In this document: positions 9,600 through 19,986 of the stretch, one piece after another | Layout of the letters: each line of letters starts with the position of its first letter | Position numbering within the stretch: the stretch's first letter is position 1 | Virus record (IMG/VR): IMGVR_UViG_3300042319_001830 | Coordinates: 69,234-133,233 of that record | DNA from: a virus | Direction: 5' to 3' (one strand) | Length of the DNA: 64,000 nucleotides | The notes under the pieces: generated by a model | Seen by the model: only the letters and a program-made list of their open reading frames with translations | Database searches by the model: none | Told to the model about the DNA's origin: nothing | Translations under genes and position numbers: made by a program

Positions 9600-10711
9600 A
9601 GTCCAATTTGTTTTAAGTCATTTTTAACCATCTTTTCAACCAGTTGTTCAAATGAAGTTTCTGGTTTCCACTTTAATTCATTTCTAGCTTTGGTGCTATC
9701 CCCTAGTAATAAATCCACTTCAGCGGGTCTATAAAATTTAGGATTGATTTTTACCAAAACAGAACATACTGGTTCATATTTGTTTGCATCTTTTGTACTA
9801 ATACTAAATTCAGCAGATTCAGCTTGTCCATGCCATGCACCTTCGATCTCAGCCCCTTTAAATGCGTACCATACAAATTCAGCAATTGTATGTGTTTCAT
9901 TGCTAGATAATACATATTCATTTGGTGTTTCTTGGTTTAACATCTTCCAGATACCGTCAACGAAGTCTTCAGCGTCACTCCAATCTCTTCTGGCTTTTAC
10001 ATTACCCAATTCAATAGGTTCAAATGATTTACCTTCAACTATAGCTTTTTTGATTCTAGCTACTCCCTTTGTAATTTTACGAGTGACGAATTCTTCACCT
10101 CTTCTAGTGCCTTCGTGATTGAATAACAACCCTTGTACAGCATACAAGTTATAACTTTCTCTGTATACTTTAACCAATTGTCTAGCTGCAGATTTACTAG
10201 CACCATATGGACTACGAGGTTTAGCGGGATGGTTTTCGTCTTGTGGTGAGTAAACCACATTTCCATATTCTTCAGATGATCCCGCATTATAAAATCTACA
10301 AGTTGATTTGTGTTGACGAATAGCTTCTAGAATATGAATTATCCCAGTAGTATTACATTCCCAAGTTTGAGCTGGAAAGTCCCAGCTAGAACCAACGAAC
10401 GTCTGTGCTGCCAAATTAATAAAGTACTCTGGTTTTAGTTTTTCTACTATTTTGGATATACTATGTGCATCACTCAAATCAAAGTTAACTATCTTAAATC
10501 TTGGATTGTTTTCTAAGTGTCTAATATTTTCGTGATTTTTGATACTCAGTCTTCTAGCACCACCCACAATAAAATAGTCTGTATTTTTTAACAGATAATC
10601 TACCATAAAACTGCCATCTTGGCCAGTTACGCCTGTAACAAATACAACTGTCTTGTTTTCCGTAAAAGGAACAACATCATTAATATTATATATTTCCATA
10701 AGCTTTTTCAT
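9596..10711 (-). CDS. gmd: GDP-mannose 4,6-dehydratase
   Basis: TGVTGQDGS, PRSPYGASK, LFNHE, FVTRKIT, RDW and YRPAEVDLLLGD motifs. Confidence 0.93.
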   Translation of the reverse strand: MKKLMEIYNINDVVPFTENKTVVFVTGVTGQDGSFMVDYLLKNTDYFIVGGARRLSIKNHENIRHLENNPRFKIVNFDLSDAHSISKIVEKLKPEYFINLAAQTFVGSSWDFPAQTWECNTTGIIHILEAIRQHKSTCRFYNAGSSEEYGNVVYSPQDENHPAKPRSPYGASKSAARQLVKVYRESYNLYAVQGLLFNHEGTRRGEEFVTRKITKGVARIKKAIVEGKSFEPIELGNVKARRDWSDAEDFVDGIWKMLNQETPNEYVLSSNETHTIAEFVWYAFKGAEIEGAWHGQAESAEFSISTKDANKYEPVCSVLVKINPKFYRPAEVDLLLGDSTKARNELKWKPETSFEQLVEKMVKNDLKQIGL

Positions 10712-11193
10712 TCAAAACCAGATTCTTCGTCTTCGCCTTCGTCATCATCCTCTTCATCTAAATAGTCTTCATCATTGTCGTTATTAATATTATATTTTTC
10801 TTTAAATTCTGAAACGTCGTCATTTGTGATGCCACAGAGGAAAAATACAGCTTGTATGTATAATATTATTTCTTCTTTGGTAAATTTATTCTTTTTAAAA
10901 TATTCACTAATTTCACTTGAGGTTGAAGCTATTTTCTTTTGAACAGTCGGTTTAATTTTAATTTTTGGTGGTACGCCATCTAATATTATGCCCGGTATAT
11001 CTTCAATAGTTGAATCATCTATATGTTTACTTATAATGTGTTTATACAGTTCATTCTCGATTTTATCTTCGGGTATTCCTGTTTTTAATAGTTTCTTTTT
11101 TATATTATTTATTTTTGTAGGACTTACTTTTTTACATATATTGAATGATGTTAGTATGCCATTTTGAGATAATAGATGTTTTATATTATTCAT
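10708..11193 (-). CDS. Hypothetical protein with acidic tail
   Basis: ORF in operon-like run. Confidence 0.55.
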   Translation of the reverse strand: MNNIKHLLSQNGILTSFNICKKVSPTKINNIKKKLLKTGIPEDKIENELYKHIISKHIDDSTIEDIPGIILDGVPPKIKIKPTVQKKIASTSSEISEYFKKNKFTKEEIILYIQAVFFLCGITNDDVSEFKEKYNINNDNDEDYLDEEDDDEGEDEESGFE

Positions 11194-11213
11194 TATAATA
11201 TTAAATATGAGTG

Positions 11214-11957
11214 TTAAAATCGTTGACGCAAAATCTTTTTGCTATCTTGTAATATATCAGGATCAAATATTTTTGGTCCTTTACTGATATAACCTTTACC
11301 ACTTGTAAACGTACAATTGTAACAAAGTAATCTCATATTTTCTAATTTATGATTTTTACTATTACCATCTTCAAAGTTCAATAATAATGGTAGTTTTCCA
11401 TCAATTATACGTCTTTCTTTGAATTCACATTGTTCACACTGTGCTTTTTTGATATTGGATCTAATTAACTTATCTTTTAGTCTATGTACTGGAAACTCAG
11501 GATGTTTACCGTCCAATATATCGTCAATTGGATATTTTCCTCTATATGGACTAATTGGCCCACGTATATGTACACTTTTTGTAATAGGCCATCCTTTTGT
11601 TTTATGTACGCCATATTTTTTGGCATACGTTTTAAAAGTGGGATAACTTACTCCTAAAAATTTTGCTGCTTTTCTAGCTGATCTTGTTTTTTCTATCGCT
11701 TCTAATATTTCAGATTCATTGATGGGTTTTCTTTTTTTACCATCGGTTGGTCGTTTGGGATACAACTGATCAGCAAATTGTTTTTCTAAATGTGGAATAA
11801 TAATGCCCTTGGATTGTAACATTCGTACTTCTTCAATTTCAATACGTACATCTTCTCCAATTTTACTCAATGATAATAATTTTTCGACTTTGGTTTTAAG
11901 ATCTTCAAGTTCGTTTAACCGTCGAGTTATTTGTTCGTTGTCAAATATAGGTTCCAT
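11214..11957 (-). CDS. HTH plus degenerate HNH-like protein
   Basis: SARKAAKFLGVSYPT HTH; CEQC...DGNSKNHKLENMRLLCYNC. Confidence 0.65.
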   Translation of the reverse strand: MEPIFDNEQITRRLNELEDLKTKVEKLLSLSKIGEDVRIEIEEVRMLQSKGIIIPHLEKQFADQLYPKRPTDGKKRKPINESEILEAIEKTRSARKAAKFLGVSYPTFKTYAKKYGVHKTKGWPITKSVHIRGPISPYRGKYPIDDILDGKHPEFPVHRLKDKLIRSNIKKAQCEQCEFKERRIIDGKLPLLLNFEDGNSKNHKLENMRLLCYNCTFTSGKGYISKGPKIFDPDILQDSKKILRQRF

Positions 11958-12292
11958 TAGTATTTAGATGATGATAATGGTTCTTTAGCTAAATCTACGT
12001 CGGTACTATCATAAAATACTCTACGTAGAGTTTCTGCTCTAAATGGAAATGATGCGTTTAAAAGTACTTTATAGGTATTTACTATTTTTTCTTTACTATT
12101 TTTTCTTTTTAAAGATTTAACAATCATTATGGGATTTACCAAAAAATCATCTTCTTCTTTTAACTTTTTAATTTTGGTTTCTATACATCTAGTGCATGCT
12201 TCTATATGAGGATCATCAAATATAGTTTCATCAATTTGTATTGTCATAGACCAATTTGCAGATTTAACCCAGTAGTTATTTTTATTTATCAT
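11957..12292 (-). CDS. Hypothetical protein
   Basis: Overlaps neighbours in the operon. Confidence 0.55.
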   Translation of the reverse strand: MINKNNYWVKSANWSMTIQIDETIFDDPHIEACTRCIETKIKKLKEEDDFLVNPIMIVKSLKRKNSKEKIVNTYKVLLNASFPFRAETLRRVFYDSTDVDLAKEPLSSSKY

Positions 12293-13889
12293 AATTCATA
12301 TCTCCATCGTTAAGTAAATCCAAGTTAGCTAACTTTTGATTTACACTGTTACATACCTTTTCTTCAACTGTGCCTGACACAAACACAATCTTCTGTATAC
12401 TTTTACTTTTTGCACTGTCACGCCATACTCTACCCGTTGCCTGTCTCATATTAACAGCCGAGTAAGACGGACTGATCAAAGCTAAACGAGGATACTTACC
12501 AGTAACATCGTGTAAACTCAAACCAGCACCCCCCGCAGCGAGATTTATCAATATAACCCGTTGTTTGTCTGCCTGAAAATCGTCTATGTTTTGTTGACGA
12601 GCTTTTGCGTATTTTGCTTCACCGTTAACAATACATTTAGTATTCAATCGTTGACTAAGTGCTTCTATTGTCTCTGTGAAATTACAGAACACAACGATGC
12701 TCATATTATTTTCTAGAGCATCTTCAACCATTTCAACAAATAATGGCACCTTAATCATTTCTACTTTTTGCCTAGCTCTCAATATTGCTGTTAGTTCTGT
12801 TGACTTTTTATCTTTCTTGAGTAGTTTTTCAATTTTCAATAACTCAAGTTGCATTTCTTCATAAGCTGAGTTAATTTTGTCTTGGTCTTCTTTGTCCATT
12901 TCATAACATTCAGCGATAATTTGACTTTCTGGGAAGTTAGGGATGGAATCACGATTAAGGCGAACTCCTCTATTAACAAATATGTCATTGCTTAGTTTCT
13001 TTAAAGCATCTACATTACCACGAAACTCCATTCCAAATCTACCTTTTACAACGCCGTGAGCATATGCCCATTCATAATACTGCTTGTTGTTCTTAAACAA
13101 TTGAATACATTGACCAACTGTACGTAGTTCAAGTGGATTAGTAGCCATAGTAGCACTACAAAATACCATCTTGTAACCTTGTTTAAGTGCTGCCATACAC
13201 ATTTCACTGTTTTTGGTCTTAGCATTCTTTAGTTTTTGAGCTTCGTCCCAAATAATAAGAGTATTTTTTGGTACTTTCCAGACGAATTCTTTACGGTGGG
13301 TATCTCTACGTCGTACATATGAAGCGAATATATTATCTGTTTTACCTGTGCGTAGAGCTTCATAGTTAATAATACCTACACATTTACCCCACATCTTAAA
13401 GTGATTTTTAATAACACGTTTCCAACTTTCTTTAACCGCTTTAGGACACACAATCATAATGTCCATATTTAGTTCTCTAGCAACAGCAGTCGCCGTATAT
13501 GTTTTGCCGATGCCTACGTCACTCCCATCAACTGCAGCACCCCATTTTTTGAGTGACGATACTATTTTACCAACAGCTCCAACTTGCCAAGCTCGTAATC
13601 CATCTGGATTTTTTACTTCGTATAATGGTAGTGATTCTTCTACCTTTTTTTTGTGTTCTATTGGATCTTTGAATAACGTTGGATTATCATTGGTTTGTGT
13701 AAGAATCCATCCTTGTTCTCGTTTAACGACACCGTAACCTTTACTTTTCAAAGTTAATTTGTTTACCTTCCAATAAGCAAAAAACTGATTGAGGTAAGAT
13801 GGAGTAATTGTCCACTCACGTTGAAACGTTACGTCTCCGTTTTTTTCGATTTGAACTGGATCTGACCACTTGATATCCAAGTTAATCAT
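12282..13889 (-). CDS. SF2 (SNF2/DEAD-like) helicase
   Basis: GIGKT Walker A, WDEAQ, SAT, GAGLSL and QATGRVWR motifs. Confidence 0.88.
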   Translation of the reverse strand: MINLDIKWSDPVQIEKNGDVTFQREWTITPSYLNQFFAYWKVNKLTLKSKGYGVVKREQGWILTQTNDNPTLFKDPIEHKKKVEESLPLYEVKNPDGLRAWQVGAVGKIVSSLKKWGAAVDGSDVGIGKTYTATAVARELNMDIMIVCPKAVKESWKRVIKNHFKMWGKCVGIINYEALRTGKTDNIFASYVRRRDTHRKEFVWKVPKNTLIIWDEAQKLKNAKTKNSEMCMAALKQGYKMVFCSATMATNPLELRTVGQCIQLFKNNKQYYEWAYAHGVVKGRFGMEFRGNVDALKKLSNDIFVNRGVRLNRDSIPNFPESQIIAECYEMDKEDQDKINSAYEEMQLELLKIEKLLKKDKKSTELTAILRARQKVEMIKVPLFVEMVEDALENNMSIVVFCNFTETIEALSQRLNTKCIVNGEAKYAKARQQNIDDFQADKQRVILINLAAGGAGLSLHDVTGKYPRLALISPSYSAVNMRQATGRVWRDSAKSKSIQKIVFVSGTVEEKVCNSVNQKLANLDLLNDGDMNYDK

Positions 13890-13892
13890 AAA

Positions 13893-14192
13893 TTAATCTC
13901 CCATTTCGTTTCGGTATTTGTTATTTCTAGCCAATTCGTGAATGTTGGTTCGTACTAATTTACCATCTTTTTTAAGTGCTCCAACTTCGAAATGATCACT
14001 CATCAAATTGGTAAAATTTATACCTTGTGGATCATCATAACCATGTCCAAGTTCAGACATATCATACATAAAGTCTTTGCGACTCTTTCTATTTTTCTTA
14101 ATGCATAAATTTTCTAGGTAATTAACCGTTTCGTTTATGTCATTAAATGTTATGACTTTGTTTATCGTTGTGTCTTTGATATAGTAACTCAT
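13893..14192 (-). CDS. Hypothetical protein
   Basis: ORF preceded by the TATTTATA motif on its own strand. Confidence 0.55.
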   Translation of the reverse strand: MSYYIKDTTINKVITFNDINETVNYLENLCIKKNRKSRKDFMYDMSELGHGYDDPQGINFTNLMSDHFEVGALKKDGKLVRTNIHELARNNKYRNEMGD

Positions 14193-14250
14193 ATATTTCT
14201 TATATTACTATATAAATATGTAATGTTCAACACTAATTAATATTATAATC

Positions 14251-14853
14251 TTAATTGGATACCATAGGTACAGCCGAACATATATTTCGTTCTGTTTGAC
14301 TTCGTATGGTTTCAAAATAATTAATCAAATGATTGATTGTATAATCCGCAATGGCTTCTAACCAATCTTCTGGTTTGAATTCGGTTGTACTTATACCACC
14401 GTGAATAGGTTTTAAATGACCGTCTTGAAATTCTTGTCTTAAAAAATCAATTAAATCTTTTTTAAGACCTTGTTTTTGATCAATTACAAATATCTCACTC
14501 AATGATTCTTTGTAACTTACTCTTACTGGAGACTGACCTTTACCACCAGTGCCTTTTTCACCTCTTCCAGCTGTTCTTTGTGCTGACTTCTTTCTTTTAA
14601 CCCAATTAGCAATTGCTTTTTTTCCGCCTTTTGCTCTCAGTCTACTCACATACTTTTTACCCAAACAAGCACTATAACTACTTCCTTGTTTAGCGTCACC
14701 ACATTTACCAGCTTTTTTACCACTACTATCATATCGATCCCATCCACCACCAGAACTACTGCCTGCTCCACCTTTGCCAAACCACGCACGTAATCCGCCG
14801 GCATAGGCTTCTAATAAAAATTTGTCGTATTGATTCACAACAATAAATATCAA
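14251..14853 (-). CDS. Basic modular protein, putative head-internal
   Basis: LLE|AYAGGLRAWF...GGWDRY...KCG...ACL...RKK module; true start probably the GTG near 14838. Confidence 0.55.
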   Translation of the reverse strand: MIFIVVNQYDKFLLEAYAGGLRAWFGKGGAGSSSGGGWDRYDSSGKKAGKCGDAKQGSSYSACLGKKYVSRLRAKGGKKAIANWVKRKKSAQRTAGRGEKGTGGKGQSPVRVSYKESLSEIFVIDQKQGLKKDLIDFLRQEFQDGHLKPIHGGISTTEFKPEDWLEAIADYTINHLINYFETIRSQTERNICSAVPMVSN

Positions 14854-15026
14854 TTAGATTCATTATGTTTATTAAAAATAACACCTAAGTTTGTAAAAAA
14901 CTTTTCAATTTTATCTTTGTTTACGGTTTTATTTTTTGTTTCGGATAAATAAAATTTGATTTTTGATTCATCTAAAACGACTTCATTTCCATTGATATTG
15001 ATGGTGAGGGTTTTGTTTTTTTTCAT
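14850..15026 (-). CDS. Small hypothetical protein (58 aa, below ORF-track cut-off)
   Basis: MKKNKTLTININGNEVVLDESKIKFYLSETKNKTVNKDKIEKFFTNLGVIFNKHNESN*, read by hand. Confidence 0.5.
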   Translation of the reverse strand: MKKNKTLTININGNEVVLDESKIKFYLSETKNKTVNKDKIEKFFTNLGVIFNKHNESN

Positions 15027-15039
15027 AACGATGCAAAAA

Positions 15040-15069
15040 AAATATATAATCGGTTAAGATTATATATTT
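15040..15069 (-). terminator. Possible terminator hairpin
   Basis: AAATATATAATC-GGTTAA-GATTATATATTT inverted repeat followed by a T-run on the minus strand; AT-rich, so weak. Confidence 0.4.
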
Positions 15070-15097
15070 GTAAATTTTAAAACTATGTGATATATGT

Positions 15098-15742
15098 TTA
15101 AACTCCCATCAAAAAGTGTTCCCAATCTTTGTGTTTTGCTTCTTTAATTAGTGCTGATACTGGAATTGGTTGTGGGATACTTGGTTGTTTGATCAATTTC
15201 AAACCAACTTCTGTATTCAGTCTATTACCTTTCTTAGAGTTAATATCACGTGAACACAACACAAGATTAGTCCAACTATCTTCACCACCCTTACTACGAG
15301 GTAGAATATGATCGACTGTAGCTGAATTACGATCAATCTTTTTACCGGTGTATTGACAAATACCGTTATCACGGGTGTAGATTGCGTCTTTGCTGGGTTT
15401 TCCTCTAAATGACTTTACAGGCATTTTATTGAAATTAACAGCGATGATCACAGTCGGTACACGTACAGACATATGAGCGGAATTGATAACCAAATCCCAC
15501 GGCCGAATAGGCAGTTTCAACCATTCTGTCCAACTGATAGGATTCATATTCTTGGGAGCTGAAAGATTTGGTTCTCCATTCTCAAGCAACTCGTAATCAA
15601 TGTCCAAGGCCAAACTAGAAGATTTACCGTCGGCTTCACCACCACAAAGATCAACAATTGCATCTTTTACGGTTTTGAAACCAATTGGTTGCCAGTTCGC
15701 ATTTAGGTTTAAACAGATTAATTTATTAGCTATTGTGTTCAT
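15098..15742 (-). CDS. HNH endonuclease (McrA-like)
   Basis: LNANWQPI, RDNGICQYTG, TVDHILPRSKGG and WTNLVLC...NSKKGN; probable start MNTIANK. Confidence 0.88.
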   Translation of the reverse strand: MNTIANKLICLNLNANWQPIGFKTVKDAIVDLCGGEADGKSSSLALDIDYELLENGEPNLSAPKNMNPISWTEWLKLPIRPWDLVINSAHMSVRVPTVIIAVNFNKMPVKSFRGKPSKDAIYTRDNGICQYTGKKIDRNSATVDHILPRSKGGEDSWTNLVLCSRDINSKKGNRLNTEVGLKLIKQPSIPQPIPVSALIKEAKHKDWEHFLMGV

Positions 15743-15754
15743 AACTATGCTATA

Positions 15755-15782
15755 ACTATACACCCCTTTTTATAAACGTCAA
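15755..15782 (-). promoter_or_regulatory. sigma70-type promoter for the HNH gene
   Basis: TTGACG-16nt-TATAGT on the minus strand, 12 nt before the ATG. Confidence 0.5.
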
Positions 15783-16121
15783 CACATTTTCTTCGGGTTC
15801 TAAACTTTCATCCAATCTACCCTTGACAATTTCCAGATCACATCTGAACCATTCGTTCTTGATGTCTGTAGCAAAGTATCTTAACTTTTCAGCTATTTTC
15901 TTTTCGGCATCATAACAATCTGGGTGATGAACATAATACTCAATTCTATAGTTACGTAGTGGGGAAGCTGTTTGATAAGTACGTAATCTCGCCTTTATAT
16001 CATTAGTAACACCCACCTTATAATAACTTGGAAAGTTACTATTGCTAATTATATATACGTATCCCTCTTTATCTCTAGATGATTTCATCAGCAAGTCCGT
16101 ACTTAATAGCATCTTCCGCAT
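15756..16121 (-). CDS. GIY-YIG / T5orf172-domain protein
   Basis: GYVYIISN...YKVGVT...RL..YQT..P...EWF. Confidence 0.8.
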   Translation of the reverse strand: MRKMLLSTDLLMKSSRDKEGYVYIISNSNFPSYYKVGVTNDIKARLRTYQTASPLRNYRIEYYVHHPDCYDAEKKIAEKLRYFATDIKNEWFRCDLEIVKGRLDESLEPEENVLTFIKRGV

Positions 16122-16674
16122 TTAGATAAAGGTCACGTTTTAATAGTGTGTTTAATTCATCTTCGGTAAATTTGGTATGTTTCAAATATATGCCTTTTAC
16201 AACTTTCATTATCAAATCCATATTTTGTTTTTCATCGTTAAAGTCTTCATATGTACCTTCAAACCAACTTCTTACTTGGTGAATCAATAAAATGGTATTT
16301 TTACGTATGTATCGTTTATGACAACTTACGCTGATAAGTGTAGAAGCACTTGCTACTAATCCTTCTGCATATGAATGTATAGGTACTTTGGATGCTTGTA
16401 TTCTATCTACAATACTCAAAGCACCAAATACTTCTCCACCATCACTGTTTATGTGCAATTTGATATGTGGCGTTTCTTGTAGATCAAATGTAATTTTAGC
16501 TATTAGTAATTGTCTAGCTAGATCACTTAGAGTTTTGTTTATCACCAATGCAGATTCTACATTTACGTCATTATAAAAGTATAACTCGTTATTGTCGATG
16601 ACAGATACGTATTTTTGTTTATCAGATGATACGTCAGATATATCATCATTGTTGAGCATTAATTTTTTGGTCAT
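16075..16674 (-). CDS. ClpP-like serine protease
   Basis: HINSDGG, VASASTLI (Ser), IHQ (His) and RDLYLNAEDA.KYGLAD (Asp). Confidence 0.88.
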   Translation of the reverse strand: MTKKLMLNNDDISDVSSDKQKYVSVIDNNELYFYNDVNVESALVINKTLSDLARQLLIAKITFDLQETPHIKLHINSDGGEVFGALSIVDRIQASKVPIHSYAEGLVASASTLISVSCHKRYIRKNTILLIHQVRSWFEGTYEDFNDEKQNMDLIMKVVKGIYLKHTKFTEDELNTLLKRDLYLNAEDAIKYGLADEII

Positions 16675-17137
16675 ATGTTTTTAGTATTGTTCGTAACTCT
16701 TCGTCATCAACGAAGTTAAAATCATTTTTATTTTTGGCTAAATCTTTATGTAGTACTTCTACAGATCCATTGTGGTTATAACCAACGTCAATAGTATTTC
16801 CAGTTTGTTCACAAATATAACCAGATATAAATGTTGTATAATCAATTACGGTCTCAGTGTGCTGATTTCCGCCGTCAGAATAAAATCTTAATGTGCCAAA
16901 CTTTTGTTTTACTTGTCTAGCAACAATTTGTTTTACAGGTAGATAGTTTTGTGGATGTGATTTAGCCATTTCATTCTGTTGAGTGATATACATTTCTAGA
17001 TATCGACTTAACCACAATAAAAGTCTAAACCAACCATCATTACATTCAAATGAAAAGTCCGGCGGATATAACTCTGGAAACTTTTTCTTTAAATAACGTT
17101 GTAACTCAATTTTCATTTTCAATATATAGTTTGTCAA
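16646..17137 (-). CDS. Conserved phage hypothetical protein
   Basis: FECNDGW ... QVKQKFGTLRFY ... ICEQTG motif. Confidence 0.65.
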   Translation of the reverse strand: MTNYILKMKIELQRYLKKKFPELYPPDFSFECNDGWFRLLLWLSRYLEMYITQQNEMAKSHPQNYLPVKQIVARQVKQKFGTLRFYSDGGNQHTETVIDYTTFISGYICEQTGNTIDVGYNHNGSVEVLHKDLAKNKNDFNFVDDEELRTILKTYDQKINAQQ

Positions 17138-17223
17138 TTGTACTTTCTGATTATCAAAATTTTTATATTTGAATGTTAACTATATTTTAATGTCCTTCAA
17201 CTATATCAAGATATTTATTAACA

Positions 17224-17421
17224 ATGTTCAGCGGCGCTAAAAAGACGGGATATGTAAATGGTATAAAATTTGAAATAAAAGATACCAACACTATTCGTAT
17301 CTGGAAGCCATCTGAAATTGCTTTTTATGATTTTAAAACTCGTTGTGATTTGACTGTTAAATATTTGATCGACGAAGGATTTTTTAATAGAACCAAATGT
17401 AAAGTTGAAGTGGTTACCTAG
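17224..17421 (+). CDS. Hypothetical protein
   Basis: TATTTAT motif 5 nt upstream of the ATG. Confidence 0.55.
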   Translation: MFSGAKKTGYVNGIKFEIKDTNTIRIWKPSEIAFYDFKTRCDLTVKYLIDEGFFNRTKCKVEVVT

Positions 17422-17424
17422 GTT

Positions 17425-18444
17425 ATGTCTAAAAATGTTATATTGTTTTTAACCAGTCCAAATTCGGTTAATAGATCAAAAATGTGTTTGAAGAATTTCA
17501 AACAACTTGAAAATCTGGGTTATGATATAATAACTTTATCTACCACAGACTTATTGTCTTCTTACATTGTAGAAAAATCAAAACATTTGATTTATGACTA
17601 CACAAGTCATAAATGTGACAAGAAGTTTTATTTTGATTATTATAAATCATCAGGCGGTGGTTATTTTATGTATGATACAAATTCAAATCATAAAGTAATG
17701 TTTTATCACGATACACATTTTCCATCGTTGCTTCGCAATTATCGTTCTTTAGTAAGTTATGCTAAATGTCTTGGATATGAAAATTATTTTTACATTGAAG
17801 ATGATCACTTTATACATGATCACGATCTTTGCAATGTAAGAAATTACATCGACAAATTAAAAGAATATGATTTAATTACTTTTTGTTTTAACAGATTGTT
17901 AACATCTAACGAACAGGTGTATGCAACTTATTTCAATATTGGCAAAGTAAACACAATGTTTGATATTATAAAAAATGCTGCTTATACTGAGTATGAATAT
18001 AAAAATAATGATGTTAATATTTACGGTCAATTTTTTGAAACTGTTTTTACTAAATTGGTTACTAAGTACAAATCTGAGAACTGTAAGATATTAGAAGAAA
18101 CTGCAAGTCTACACGATATATTTAAATATTCGTCTCTCAATCAAGTATATTCTTATACAAATTTAATTGACGATGCTAGATGTAATTTCATATATGATAT
18201 AACCAGTCATAAACCTGTTTTTTATTACTCAACTGTTTTGTTGGCTGAACCTGTGAATTTAAAATTATACGTGGGAGACGCTTGTTTCGTAGACATCACC
18301 ATTTACCCAGGATGTTGGTATTATAATCATATAGACCCACATTTAATTGGCAATACAAAGGTTGTAATAAATAATAAAGTTGTTAAAACGTTCGATGCTT
18401 CACAAAATTTTATTTATAACGGCGAACTCTTCTTTAACAGTTAA
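17425..18444 (+). CDS. Putative glycosyltransferase-related protein
   Basis: LGYENYFYIEDD motif; Tyr/Phe-rich sequence. Confidence 0.4.
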   Translation: MSKNVILFLTSPNSVNRSKMCLKNFKQLENLGYDIITLSTTDLLSSYIVEKSKHLIYDYTSHKCDKKFYFDYYKSSGGGYFMYDTNSNHKVMFYHDTHFPSLLRNYRSLVSYAKCLGYENYFYIEDDHFIHDHDLCNVRNYIDKLKEYDLITFCFNRLLTSNEQVYATYFNIGKVNTMFDIIKNAAYTEYEYKNNDVNIYGQFFETVFTKLVTKYKSENCKILEETASLHDIFKYSSLNQVYSYTNLIDDARCNFIYDITSHKPVFYYSTVLLAEPVNLKLYVGDACFVDITIYPGCWYYNHIDPHLIGNTKVVINNKVVKTFDASQNFIYNGELFFNS

Positions 18445-18735
18445 TATATCTTTATATACCAATTGGGACGCGTCGTAAGATTTATTTGGATTCAATAACA
18501 TTATTTCTTTGTAATTAAAGATTTCAAGATAAGTCAATACAGATGTCAAATTGTTTAAACACGATGTCATATCTTTGAAATAAAAAATATTTTCAATTTT
18601 ATTATAAATTGATTTGTTTGGATTAGTCACGTCGGTAATAATAAATTGATTAACATCATAAGTTAGTTGTTTTTGAATATCTTCTATGTAATTATCCTCG
18701 GTGTCTTTAAAGACAAAATATATAACTGCTTTCAT
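18400..18735 (-). CDS. Hypothetical protein
   Basis: TATTTATA upstream on its own strand. Confidence 0.5.
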   Translation of the reverse strand: MKAVIYFVFKDTEDNYIEDIQKQLTYDVNQFIITDVTNPNKSIYNKIENIFYFKDMTSCLNNLTSVLTYLEIFNYKEIMLLNPNKSYDASQLVYKDILTVKEEFAVINKIL

Positions 18736-18802
18736 TAAATATAAATAATCGATTTATTTTTGTTTTGGTTATTTTATTCTGAATATGATATTTATATCTA
18801 TT

Positions 18803-19162
18803 ATGATAGTAACAAACTTACTTACTTTACACAACCAGTTAAAAATACATCACTGGCAAACTAAAAGTTATGCTGAACATCAAGCTCTCGGCGGTGCCTA
18901 TAATGAATTCTCAGAATTGATCGACGAGTTTGTCGAAGTGTTTATGGGTAAATATGGAAGAATTGAAAGTAAAGATGGCTTTAAAATTGAATTGTCTAAT
19001 TACAAAGATATCTCCGCGTCAGATTTCGTGGACAAATATATTGATTATTTGATAAATGAATTGACTAAGTCTTTAGAAGAAACTGATACAGATTTGTTTA
19101 ATATCCGAGACGAAATGTTGGCTCAATTACATAAACTAAAATATTTGTTAACATTGTCATAA
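18803..19162 (+). CDS. Ferritin/Dps-like protein (DUF5856-like)
   Basis: HHWQT...EH.AL...Y...D.FVE...G.YGR and RDEM...YLLTL. Confidence 0.75.
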   Translation: MIVTNLLTLHNQLKIHHWQTKSYAEHQALGGAYNEFSELIDEFVEVFMGKYGRIESKDGFKIELSNYKDISASDFVDKYIDYLINELTKSLEETDTDLFNIRDEMLAQLHKLKYLLTLS

Positions 19163-19163
19163 T

Positions 19164-19616
19164 ATGCCATACGAATATCATGCAACAGTAACTAACATTG
19201 TAGACGGAGATACAATCGTTATCGATATAGACCTAGGATTCGATGTAGTACTGTCCAATCAAAGTGTAAGATTGGCGGGTGTTGATACGCCTGAAAGTCG
19301 TACAACCGACAAAATTGAAAAAGTTTTTGGATTAATTAGTAAAGAATACACCAAGAAATTTGTAGAATCGTGTAATAAACACGTAATTGTACGTACACAA
19401 AAGCCAGATTCTTCTGAGAAATTTGGTAGAATTCTTGGGGATGTTATAAATCCAGAAACCAAAGAAGTGTTAAATGAGTCTTTGATCAAAAATGGATATG
19501 CAGTTGGATATCTAGGCGAAAATAAAAATAATGTAATAGATCAACACAAACTTAATCGTAAACGTTTGATCGATGAGGGTAAAGTTAAGATGTCTTATAA
19601 AGAAGCAGGTCTTTAA
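19164..19616 (+). CDS. Thermonuclease (SNase) family protein
   Basis: VDGDT, RLAGVDTPE, KFGRILG and LIKNGYA motifs. Confidence 0.88.
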   Translation: MPYEYHATVTNIVDGDTIVIDIDLGFDVVLSNQSVRLAGVDTPESRTTDKIEKVFGLISKEYTKKFVESCNKHVIVRTQKPDSSEKFGRILGDVINPETKEVLNESLIKNGYAVGYLGENKNNVIDQHKLNRKRLIDEGKVKMSYKEAGL

Positions 19617-19617
19617 T

Positions 19618-19986
19618 ATGGATAAGTTAAACAAATACACAATTGTTAAGTTCATCAAGTTTGTCAAAGAAGAACTTTCTTTGACTCAGCCATTCAAAGT
19701 TAAGCTGGTAAATCAACGTGATGATGATTTGAAAACATATGCTTATTACGATGTGTCAAATGGAACTGTAAAAGTATACTGTAAAGATCGTGGTTTAGCT
19801 GATGTGTTACGTAGTATTGCACACGAATTAATACATCATCATCAAAACCAAGGTGGTAAGTTAGAACAACCTACTCAAGACGTAGGCGGCGAAATTGAAG
19901 ATGAAGCTAATAGTGTGGCTGGTCAATTGGTGAAGAAATTTGGATACGGCAATCCAAAATTATTTATATACAATAAAAATCTATGA
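19618..19986 (+). CDS. Zincin-like metallopeptidase
   Basis: AHELIHH...EDEAN. Confidence 0.65.
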   Translation: MDKLNKYTIVKFIKFVKEELSLTQPFKVKLVNQRDDDLKTYAYYDVSNGTVKVYCKDRGLADVLRSIAHELIHHHQNQGGKLEQPTQDVGGEIEDEANSVAGQLVKKFGYGNPKLFIYNKNL